DNA of 64,000 nucleotides. It comes from Gammaproteobacteria bacterium (GTDB taxonomy: Bacteria > Pseudomonadota > Gammaproteobacteria > S012-40). The notes under the pieces were generated by a model that was given only the letters and a program-made list of their open reading frames with translations, did no database searches and was not told where the DNA came from. Both the position numbers and the translations under genes were made by a program. The DNA lies in contig WFPC01000025.1 in the NCBI GenBank assembly GCA_015487785.1, positions 6,654-70,653 on the forward strand. The letters are read 5' to 3'. Shown here piece after piece: positions 44,736-52,725 of this stretch (within the stretch, counting starts at the first letter, position 1; every line of letters starts with the position of its first letter).

Positions 44736-45430
44736 TGACGCAACAAAGCAAGACGGCTTTTAAGGACTGGGCAGACTATTATCGCCAGGCTAGCGCCAGT
44801 GGCGAGGCCCTGGCCTATCCCAGCGAAACCCTGGTGCGCCTGTTCAAGGGAAAGTATATCACCGGCATGCCGAGGGACTTTCACGGCCTGTCGGTACTCG
44901 ACGTGGGCTGTGGCGGCGCCAACAATGCCCTGATGATGGCGCGTCTGGGGTTGCGGGTTTTCGGTACCGAGGTAGATGAGAGTCTGTGCCGAGAGGCCCG
45001 GGACATTCTGGCATCGCAGGGTTTCGAGGCCGATTTCCGCGTTGGTACCAACACCCGGTTGCCCTTTGACGACGACCAGTTCGATTTCCTGGTCTCCTGG
45101 AATGTGCTGCACTATGAAAACACCGAGCCGGACATCGTGGCCGGTTTGCAGGAGTATGCCAGGGTTCTCAAGCCGGGTGGCCGTCTATTGCTGTCCACCA
45201 CCGGGCCCGACCATGCCATTCTGAAAAATGCCAGAACCCTGGGCGGGCATCGTTACCAGATCGGTCGCGAGGACGATTTCCGCAAGGGCGAAATCTATTT
45301 CTATTTCGACAGCCCGGCCTATATCCATTTCTATTTCGATCCGGTTTTTCACCAGGTGCAGGTGGGGAGAACCCACGATCGGTTGTTCAACGACACCCTG
45401 GATTGGTTCATCGTTACTGCCGTCAAGTGA
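44732..45430 (+). CDS. Class I SAM-dependent methyltransferase
   Basis: VLDVGCGGA, FDFLVSWNVLHY, RVLKPGG. Confidence 0.9.
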   Translation: MMTQQSKTAFKDWADYYRQASASGEALAYPSETLVRLFKGKYITGMPRDFHGLSVLDVGCGGANNALMMARLGLRVFGTEVDESLCREARDILASQGFEADFRVGTNTRLPFDDDQFDFLVSWNVLHYENTEPDIVAGLQEYARVLKPGGRLLLSTTGPDHAILKNARTLGGHRYQIGREDDFRKGEIYFYFDSPAYIHFYFDPVFHQVQVGRTHDRLFNDTLDWFIVTAVK

Positions 45431-46724
45431 GTTCACGGATCAGGCCCTTGGCCAGGCAGTCGCGCGCGGCCTGGTGAAGCTCGCCGATGTCCAGCCCCGA
45501 GCGCTCGGCGATGTCCAGCAGGTCGTGTTCGCCATCACTGTAGTTGAGCAACCACAACAGGGCCTCGATGCGACGTTCCACATGGGACTGGGTGCCCAGG
45601 GAAGGATAAAGCCCGCGTTTGCCCAGTTGGGGCTCGCCATGGGGTTGCAGGTTGAGATAGCGCCGGTTCATTTCCAGTACCCGACAGATTTCGGTGTAGG
45701 TCTTCACCGATTGCGCCATGGCCTTGAAGGAAACGATGGCCTTGTTGTCCAATGAGGTGTGGTATTCCGGATACTCGGCATAGGGCGTGCGCATCAGTGA
45801 GCCCACCGGAAGATTGAAACCGGGTGAGCAATACTGGCGCTCGTCGCTGCCGGTGGGCCTGAAGTCACGCAGGCGGTGGAAACCCGGGTGCCGCTTCCGC
45901 AACACATATTCGGTGGCTCGGTCGGCCAGACTGTTGCCGGCGCGGGAGCGCTGATAGGTGAAGGGTGCATCGTGGCCGTTGCAGGTGATCACGAAACCGG
46001 CGGCGAGATGCCGCTTGAGATGCTCGCCATGGCGGTGTAGATAACAGATGCTGCCGATAGTCTCCGGGGCGAGCACGAAGCGATAGGTGTAGTAGCGTTC
46101 CTCGAGGGTGGCGAGTTCCCGATAGAGAAAGGCACATACCAATGGACCCGACAACTCGTTGACTGCCAGCGAGGGATGACAGGTATAACTGCTGAGCAGG
46201 ATTTCCTGCCGCGAACGGCCGGGTAGTACAGCATCGGACAGGGTCAGGCTGCCGTCGATGTGATCAGTGTCGACAACCACTTGGTATTCGCCCTCGACTA
46301 ATTGCTCCCGTTGGCGGTGGCTGAGGCAGAAGCCCCAGTAAGGGGAATAATACGAAGTGACATAGGGGATGGCATCGGGCTTGTACGGCAGGCTGTGCAG
46401 GTGGCCCTGTAACTCGGCCAGGCTCAGGTTGCCGCGAAAGGCGACGGAATAGTTCACCAGGTGCAGGTTGTTATCACGGATGTCGAGGATGCGCCTGCCG
46501 CTTGGATCGATTACATAGGCTTCCCGTACCACCCATTCCTTGGGAACCCGCCAGTCCAGCACTTGGCTGCCCGAGGGAATCTCGTGACGCACCAGCGGCA
46601 GGATCTCGCCGAGAATGTCATGGGTCTGGCGCACGCCCTTGCCGGTGATGCTGCGCAGAATGGGCCACAGTCGGTCGAAATAATATTCCAGGCTGGCCGC
46701 CAGCCGGTTCAGGTCTTCAGCCAT
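45423..46724 (-). CDS. DUF4910/DUF2172 protein (M28 peptidase-like fold, C-terminal winged helix)
   Basis: RSITGKGVRQT, IPYVTSYY, YTCHPS, NELSG, GSDERQYCSPG, EYHTS, PQLGKRGLY. Confidence 0.85.
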   Translation of the reverse strand: MAEDLNRLAASLEYYFDRLWPILRSITGKGVRQTHDILGEILPLVRHEIPSGSQVLDWRVPKEWVVREAYVIDPSGRRILDIRDNNLHLVNYSVAFRGNLSLAELQGHLHSLPYKPDAIPYVTSYYSPYWGFCLSHRQREQLVEGEYQVVVDTDHIDGSLTLSDAVLPGRSRQEILLSSYTCHPSLAVNELSGPLVCAFLYRELATLEERYYTYRFVLAPETIGSICYLHRHGEHLKRHLAAGFVITCNGHDAPFTYQRSRAGNSLADRATEYVLRKRHPGFHRLRDFRPTGSDERQYCSPGFNLPVGSLMRTPYAEYPEYHTSLDNKAIVSFKAMAQSVKTYTEICRVLEMNRRYLNLQPHGEPQLGKRGLYPSLGTQSHVERRIEALLWLLNYSDGEHDLLDIAERSGLDIGELHQAARDCLAKGLIRELT

Positions 46725-48268
46725 GCTTCACACGCTTCGGTATTGTCGAATATTTTGTGGGCAATGACTTTCCGTTCAGGCAGGCAACGGGGAATAAGGT
46801 GCTTGGCGGAGAAGGGCCCGGGGTGGATCAACAGGACGAGCCCTTTCCGGGTGTGCCAGCCTTGTTGCAGGCGCTGGAACCAAGCCAGGGCCTGCAACAG
46901 TTGCCTGCTGTCCAGGGTCACCGAGATTACCCGTATTCCGCGATCTACGTCACCCATGCTCAGCACGCCCACCGGCAGGGCGCCAAAGCGTTGCCGGGTC
47001 TGGATGTTCACCCGGTAGCGCGGGGCCCGCAGGCGTCCGACGAGCGAGGCCGGCAGCGACAGGCCCCAGCGGTTTTGTTCCAGCAGGGTGGCGGGGATGA
47101 AACTCTGGGGCCGCTCCGGATCATAGACCAGGTGCTGGAGCAGTTCTTCCCGCGTGACTTCACCCTCGAAGCTGCGCCCGTGGCTGGGCACCAGGTGGGG
47201 CGAGCTGCGTTGGTCGATGATGAGCCGGCCGGCATCGTCTTGCAGACTGGCTGATTCCAGCCACCAGTATTCGGGCACCAGCAGCTCGCCTATCGCGGTG
47301 CCGGTGGGCAGACGCTGGATGTGAAGACTCTCGAACAAGCTTTTCAGGCTGCGCAGGGCGGCCTCCACGCCGGGCACCAAGCCCAGCAGGGGCCAGTTGT
47401 CCAGGCCACGCTGTAGCTCATCGATGCTGTCTGTGGCTACGGGCCGAATGCCATGCGGCTCGGTGTAGGGAGAGATTTGGGGTGCCTGTCGCTTTTTCCC
47501 GGCCAGAGTCAGCAGCCAGGGTTGCCGTGGCAGGGTATGGGCCAGCAGATCGAAGGTGTCGCGTGCGCGCAGGGCCACCACGGCGCCACGTCCCACGGGT
47601 ACGCTTCGGGCGATGCCTTGCTCGCGGGCCAGACGGTCGAAAGGCTCGAACTCCGCCAGGGTGAGTTCATTGCCCAGGTCCATCACATGAATTACATTGC
47701 GCCATTGGCGGGGTCTGCCCTGCTCGATCAGTGTGCCGCGAAAGGCCTTGTCATAGCGGTAGGGCACCTTCAGTCGGCGCTCGACATAGTGAATGAAGGT
47801 GGATCCGGCATCGAAATTCAGATTGCAGATAATGCCATCAGCGTTCAGGAAACGCTCGAAGAAACAGTTGTCACCAAAACTGTTTTGCGGGACGTCTCGG
47901 GTGAGTTCTCTGGCACGCCGGCCAATGGCGGCAACGGAGTAACTGGGGTCTAGCGAGCGCAGGGAGCAGGGGTCGCGACGCAGCATCTCGGTGAATATAC
48001 CGCAGGTCGAGGGGGTGTTCTGGGGGTCGTAGGTCTCGCCGCGGGGAAAGGAATAGGTGAAGGTGGGTAGTACCAGGGTACCTTCTTCGCCCAGCACATC
48101 GAAAAAGGCGCCGAGCAGGGTTTGATAAACGGTTTGTGCCTGCATGCCGCCTTCTGGCACGCCGAAGAAACCGATATTGCTGTGACAGAACACGGTGTCG
48201 CCGGCGCGCAGGCCCACCCGCTCCAGGGCCGCGGCCAGTTGTGCACGGGTATAGTCGGTCTGGGCCAT
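46709..48268 (-). CDS. AAC(3)-family acyltransferase fused to a degenerate DUF4910-like domain
   Basis: VFCHSNI, GTLVLPTFTY, TPSTCGIFTE, DPSYSVAAIG, FIHYVE, VPYRYDK; the C-half aligns by eye to the neighbouring DUF4910 protein. Confidence 0.8.
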   Translation of the reverse strand: MAQTDYTRAQLAAALERVGLRAGDTVFCHSNIGFFGVPEGGMQAQTVYQTLLGAFFDVLGEEGTLVLPTFTYSFPRGETYDPQNTPSTCGIFTEMLRRDPCSLRSLDPSYSVAAIGRRARELTRDVPQNSFGDNCFFERFLNADGIICNLNFDAGSTFIHYVERRLKVPYRYDKAFRGTLIEQGRPRQWRNVIHVMDLGNELTLAEFEPFDRLAREQGIARSVPVGRGAVVALRARDTFDLLAHTLPRQPWLLTLAGKKRQAPQISPYTEPHGIRPVATDSIDELQRGLDNWPLLGLVPGVEAALRSLKSLFESLHIQRLPTGTAIGELLVPEYWWLESASLQDDAGRLIIDQRSSPHLVPSHGRSFEGEVTREELLQHLVYDPERPQSFIPATLLEQNRWGLSLPASLVGRLRAPRYRVNIQTRQRFGALPVGVLSMGDVDRGIRVISVTLDSRQLLQALAWFQRLQQGWHTRKGLVLLIHPGPFSAKHLIPRCLPERKVIAHKIFDNTEACEAWLKT

Positions 48269-48270
48269 GG

Positions 48271-48531
48271 TTATGGGTGTGTTGCCCGGGTCTCGGCGAT
48301 GATCTGGCACAGGCCGCTGAGCGTGGTGAAACGGCGGTCCTGGAATTGCTCGGCAGTGAAACGAATGCCGAACCGGGCCTCGGTATCGGCAATCAGCTCG
48401 ATGATGTTGAAACTGTCGATCAGGCCGGCCTGGATGTAGTCGGCATCGAGCAGGGCAGCGATGTCTGTTGCCCTACGCCCCGATTTTTTGACGAACCAGT
48501 CTTGTAACCAGCTGAGGATGGCGTCGTTCAT
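48271..48531 (-). CDS. Acyl carrier protein
   Basis: 86 aa; GLIDSF phosphopantetheinylation motif, FGI, FTTLSGL. Confidence 0.88.
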   Translation of the reverse strand: MNDAILSWLQDWFVKKSGRRATDIAALLDADYIQAGLIDSFNIIELIADTEARFGIRFTAEQFQDRRFTTLSGLCQIIAETRATHP

Positions 48532-49199
48532 GAGATTGCCTCGTCTTCCAGGGCAAAGACCCGTGCGGGAGCGCCGTCACCGTCGAGGATCTTGAGCGGG
48601 GCCACCACCAGTTGCACCTGTTTTTGCCGCAGCGCGGCGAGGTTGCAGAGATATTCCACCAGCACCACGCCGTTGCCGAGAAGAATCTTGTGTATGGGCG
48701 AGTCAATGTCACAGCCCTTGCCGTTTTTCGGGTCGTCGGGCATGGGTGTGTCCATGGCCAGCAGGCGGCAACCCCGCTGCACCAGCCAGTTGGCAGCCTG
48801 TTCCGACAGGAAGGGATGGTCGGTGTAATAGCGCATGGTATCCAGTTGTCTGGACCAGTCGTAGCGCAGGATGATGCGTTCGGGGCGTTCCTCGCCCAGC
48901 TCGTCTTCTAGCTCGTCGATGCCTATCATCTGGAAATCCCTTGCCTGGGTGAAGTCGCAGACCCGGGCCGGGCCCACCAGTTGCTCCGGTGCAATGGCAT
49001 CGATGGAAGCCCCTTCGGGAATGAAGTGTCGTGGCGCGTCCACGTGGGTGCCGGTATGGGTGCCCAGCACCAGCTTGCGGGTTTCCCGGTCTTCTATGCC
49101 GAAACGACCCAGCTGGGTGATTTCCACGAAAGGATGCCAGGGTACGGGAAAGGTGGTCATGCCCTCCCGGATGGTCAGGGTGAGATCCACGATGCGCAT
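48528..49199 (-). CDS. Cyclase-family (kynurenine formamidase-like) metal hydrolase
   Basis: HTGTHVDAPRH (HxGTHxDxPxH), VEYLCNL, APLKI, GAPARV; GGAGA RBS. Confidence 0.88.
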   Translation of the reverse strand: MRIVDLTLTIREGMTTFPVPWHPFVEITQLGRFGIEDRETRKLVLGTHTGTHVDAPRHFIPEGASIDAIAPEQLVGPARVCDFTQARDFQMIGIDELEDELGEERPERIILRYDWSRQLDTMRYYTDHPFLSEQAANWLVQRGCRLLAMDTPMPDDPKNGKGCDIDSPIHKILLGNGVVLVEYLCNLAALRQKQVQLVVAPLKILDGDGAPARVFALEDEAIS

Positions 49200-49259
49200 G
49201 TTGTGTTCTCCATCGTTCAATCGTAAAAAATAGCCGGGCCGGTTGTCTATCTCGCATCA

Positions 49260-49275
49260 TGCAGTTTGAATGCCC
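49260..49275 (-). promoter_or_regulatory. Internal sigma54 promoter candidate for cyclase-ACP-AAC(3)-DUF4910
   Basis: Minus strand GGGCATTCAAACTGCA (GG-N10-GC) in the 88-bp spacer. Confidence 0.55.
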
Positions 49276-49287
49276 GGGCGGAAAATT

Positions 49288-50076
49288 TCATTTTTCCGGT
49301 TGCAGAAGCTCGCAAATGGCGCCACCGGGTGTGCGCAACAGACCAATGCGTAGGTGTTTGTGGTTCACCTCCAGCGCGAAGGGAGCACTCAGCCAGCGGG
49401 CACCATTCGAGTCGGCCCGCTGCAGGTCGGCCTCGAGGTCGTTGCTGAACATGGCAAGGCAAGTGAAGCCCGCGCTGTCCAATGGATATTCGGGCCATGT
49501 GTTCCCGTGGAGCAGCAGTAGCTGGCAACACCATTGGGTCAGTGGGGAAATCAGTTCCAGCCATGCCCAGTTTTTTTCCTGCTGGCGTACTCGCCAGCCC
49601 AGGCCATGGCGCCAGAAGACGCATTCCTGCTGGACATCGCCGGTGTAGAGCATGACCAGGGTGGGTGCGTGTTCGTCTGTCTGCCAGAGCGGGACGGGGC
49701 TGTCTTGCCAGAATACCGGTCGGGCGTGCCCGTGACCGATGACCTTCAGGGCTTGTGCCACAGCCTGTTCGTGTTTTGCCACCTGGCGAGGCGTGGCCAT
49801 GCCCGCCGTGCTAGGTAACAGGGGCTGATAGGGCGCCTGGCAGGTGGTGTCCGGCGGACCGTGCGCTGTGAGTTCCAGGGCCAGGCCCGCGCCGGGTGGC
49901 GCCAGCCAGGCGATGTCGTGGTGTTCGCGATAGCACGACAACAGAATGCGTTTCTGGTTGTGGTTGGGCAGATCGGTTTCGCGAAAGCACAACCGCCAGC
50001 CCTGTTTTTCCATGTTTTCACTGGTGGGGCTCAGCGAGGCCACGCTGAGAGCCAGGTGGTCAGTGCCGAGAATCAT
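49288..50076 (-). CDS. VOC/glyoxalase-like protein
   Basis: N-terminal DHLALSVASL and C-terminal RTPGGAICELL resemble VOC beta-alpha-beta-beta-beta ends; otherwise divergent. Confidence 0.5.
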   Translation of the reverse strand: MILGTDHLALSVASLSPTSENMEKQGWRLCFRETDLPNHNQKRILLSCYREHHDIAWLAPPGAGLALELTAHGPPDTTCQAPYQPLLPSTAGMATPRQVAKHEQAVAQALKVIGHGHARPVFWQDSPVPLWQTDEHAPTLVMLYTGDVQQECVFWRHGLGWRVRQQEKNWAWLELISPLTQWCCQLLLLHGNTWPEYPLDSAGFTCLAMFSNDLEADLQRADSNGARWLSAPFALEVNHKHLRIGLLRTPGGAICELLQPEK

Positions 50077-51581
50077 GGCGTGGCGGCCCCGGCAGTGCCC
50101 AGGCAGTCCTGGCGCAACAGGTGTTTCTGAATTTTTCCGGTGACGCTGCGGGGAAAATCCCGGCGCTGGATGAAACGGGTGGGACGGGCGTGAGGTGGCA
50201 GTTCACGCCGACAGTGTGCCAGCAGCTCGGCATAAAGGCTTTGCCAGTCATGATCCGCCCTGGCGATGACCAGGGCTACTACTTCTTCACCGTGGAAGTC
50301 GTGGGGTAGGCCGATCACGGCAGCGTCTTCCACGCCCTCGAGTTGCAACAGGCAAGCTTCTACCGCGGCAGGGCTCACGTTGTGACCACCGTGAATGATC
50401 AGATCCTTCTTGCGCCCGGTGATGCTGAGGCAGCCTGTTTCATCCAGTTTGGCCAGGTCGCCGGTATCCATCCAACCGTCGGTCAGGGGTGATATTAGCT
50501 CACCCCGGTCGGGATCCAGGTAGCCGGCCAGGGCGTGGGGTGTATTGACCCACAGGACCTTTTGTTGTCCGCGTAACTGTATTTTTATCCCTGGCAACGG
50601 CGAACCGACCGAGCCTGCGTCACAATGATGTCCGGGACGTTGACCGGCCACCAGCAGGATTTCGCTCATGCCATAGCTCTGGTAGGTCTTGAGACCAAAT
50701 TCTTCCTCGAAGCGCATCCGCACTGCGGCAGGCAGGGGCGCGGTGCCCACGCAGACATCCAGGGGGTTGGCGCGGGTCCAGCGGACCACCCCGGGATCCC
50801 GCTGCAGGCGTGACAGCAGGGCCAGCATGGTGGGGCTGAGCCAGACAGCATTGGCTTGTTGGCTCATCACCGGTTGCCAGAAGGACAACGCGCTGCGCGC
50901 ATCGAAGCGAGGTGCCAGTACCACGCAGCCGCCGGCCATGAAGGGGACCAATATGGTGTTGAGGAATCCAGCCATGTAGCTCATGGGCAGAACGTGTAGC
51001 AGGCGCAGATCTTCATTCCAGCCCATGTGGTGGGCGAAGGTTGCGGCATTGTCCAGCATGCGCCAGGCGAGATGGCATACGGCCTTGGGTCGACTGGTGG
51101 TGCCGGAGGTGAAGAAAATACCGATGATGTGTTCATCACCGGCTTGCCAGGGAGCCGGTGGCAGATGCGCGGCCTTTTGTATCAAGCCTTTTTCTCCCAG
51201 TTGCCATAGCTCCATAGCCCTGATGTCGAGGTTGTCATTTTGTTCGCGGGTGACGATCCGTTTGGCCTGGCTCAACTGCAGTAGGAAGGCCACCTCATGG
51301 GCCGGCAGCTCCGGGTTGAGGGGGATTACGGTGATGCCCCCATGCAGACATCCCAGATAGAGCAGCACGAGGTCGAGACTGTTGGGTAACATGACGGCCA
51401 GACGATCACCAGGCCCCAGGCCCTGCTGGGAGAGCAGGCTGGCCACGCGTGCCGCCTGTTCGCCTAGTTCGGCATAGCTGAAGGTCCGCGGCTCTCCCGG
51501 TGAGGAAAGTGTATCGATCAGGGCGGGCCGGAGGTTGTTGGTTTGGAAACGTCCGTGGAATTGCTCAAGACGGGTGTTCAT
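50073..51581 (-). CDS. Class I adenylate-forming enzyme (acyl-CoA/acyl-ACP ligase)
   Basis: FTSGTTSRPK, SYGMSE, TGDL, GRKKDLII, NVSPAAVE, SVTGKIQK. Confidence 0.92.
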   Translation of the reverse strand: MNTRLEQFHGRFQTNNLRPALIDTLSSPGEPRTFSYAELGEQAARVASLLSQQGLGPGDRLAVMLPNSLDLVLLYLGCLHGGITVIPLNPELPAHEVAFLLQLSQAKRIVTREQNDNLDIRAMELWQLGEKGLIQKAAHLPPAPWQAGDEHIIGIFFTSGTTSRPKAVCHLAWRMLDNAATFAHHMGWNEDLRLLHVLPMSYMAGFLNTILVPFMAGGCVVLAPRFDARSALSFWQPVMSQQANAVWLSPTMLALLSRLQRDPGVVRWTRANPLDVCVGTAPLPAAVRMRFEEEFGLKTYQSYGMSEILLVAGQRPGHHCDAGSVGSPLPGIKIQLRGQQKVLWVNTPHALAGYLDPDRGELISPLTDGWMDTGDLAKLDETGCLSITGRKKDLIIHGGHNVSPAAVEACLLQLEGVEDAAVIGLPHDFHGEEVVALVIARADHDWQSLYAELLAHCRRELPPHARPTRFIQRRDFPRSVTGKIQKHLLRQDCLGTAGAATP

Positions 51582-52674
51582 GGGTCTTCTGTTTCAGCAG
51601 GCTGAAGCGGTATTGTTCGTCGCCGTGATACTGATCGAGGCCGAAGCGGGTGGTGGTTAGGTCTTGCATGCGCTTTGTCTCGGCCAGCCTGCGTGCTTCC
51701 TCTTCCACCATTTCGGGGGCGGCCTCGACCTTGTCGCGTCGGGTGACCGCCATGATGAGTTCGCGTGGATCGACCTGGTAACGACTGGAATATTCGCGAA
51801 TGATACCCATGTAGCTGCTGTGAAACTGGGCATGGCCGGAAATGGTGTCGATGGAACTGTGTCCACCCCTTGTGATGAGGGGGCGGATATATTCCTCACC
51901 GGCATCCATCAGGCCTAGAAGCTCATAGCTCAGTTGTGGGTACAGGCGATTCATAATGCATGCCAGGCGCTCGGTTGCGGTATTGCCGCCACTACGGCCA
52001 AAGCCTTGAAGGGATGCATCGACTACCATGGCGCCCAGCTCCATGGCCTTTAGAGAGTTGGCCATGGCCAAGCCCAGGTTGTCGTGGCCATGGAAGCCGA
52101 TGGGTATGTCCGAGCATTCACGGATAGCGCTCACATAGCGCTCGATATCCGCAGGAGTCATGCCACCCGCCGAATCCACGATGTAGATCAGGTCGGCCCC
52201 AAAATCGACAGATTTCTTCACCTGCTTGGCGAAAGCCCGCGGTGGAGAGGCATAGGATTTCATGTAGTTGGCACATACCATCATGCCGTGCTGCTTGGCT
52301 TTTTCGATGAAGGGGCGGGAGTCGTCCACGTTGTCCACGTTGGTGCCTATGCGAATGAAATCCATGCCGTAGCCGGCTGCCAGTTCCACGTGATGGAGCT
52401 TGGCAATGCCAGGAATACAGAACATTCCCCAGCCGGCCCGATCCAGTTCGTCACTAATGGCGCGCATGTAGTCCTCGTCACTGGCGGCAGCCTGGCCGAA
52501 ACCCGCCTCCGTGGCACCGAGACCCACGCCGTGGCCGATTTCTATCAGGCTGATGCGGGCATTTTCCAACGCCCTGGCAATGGTACGGGTGTCGTTGGCG
52601 GTGAACTGGAAATTGATGGCATAGCTACCATCACGCAGGGTGCAGTCGAGAATGTGTGGTGCCGGTTCCCCCAT
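51565..52674 (-). CDS. DRE-TIM aldolase, 4-hydroxy-2-oxovalerate aldolase (DmpG)-like
   Basis: DCTLRDG, EIGHGVGLG, YIVDSAG, GFHGHDNLGLAMANS, GRSGGN; DmpG-like C-terminal tail. Confidence 0.82.
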   Translation of the reverse strand: MGEPAPHILDCTLRDGSYAINFQFTANDTRTIARALENARISLIEIGHGVGLGATEAGFGQAAASDEDYMRAISDELDRAGWGMFCIPGIAKLHHVELAAGYGMDFIRIGTNVDNVDDSRPFIEKAKQHGMMVCANYMKSYASPPRAFAKQVKKSVDFGADLIYIVDSAGGMTPADIERYVSAIRECSDIPIGFHGHDNLGLAMANSLKAMELGAMVVDASLQGFGRSGGNTATERLACIMNRLYPQLSYELLGLMDAGEEYIRPLITRGGHSSIDTISGHAQFHSSYMGIIREYSSRYQVDPRELIMAVTRRDKVEAAPEMVEEEARRLAETKRMQDLTTTRFGLDQYHGDEQYRFSLLKQKTHEHPS

Positions 52675-52725
52675 GGCAGGTACAAGGATCAATGCGTATG
52701 TTGTGGGTGCTGGCGGCTGTGCTGT

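Noticed and set aside
46709-48268. AAC(3) protein as an aminoglycoside resistance gene
   Set aside because: It is divergent, fused to a DUF4910-like domain, coupled to an ACP in a glycan locus and has no mobile context; a biosynthetic acyltransferase role fits better.
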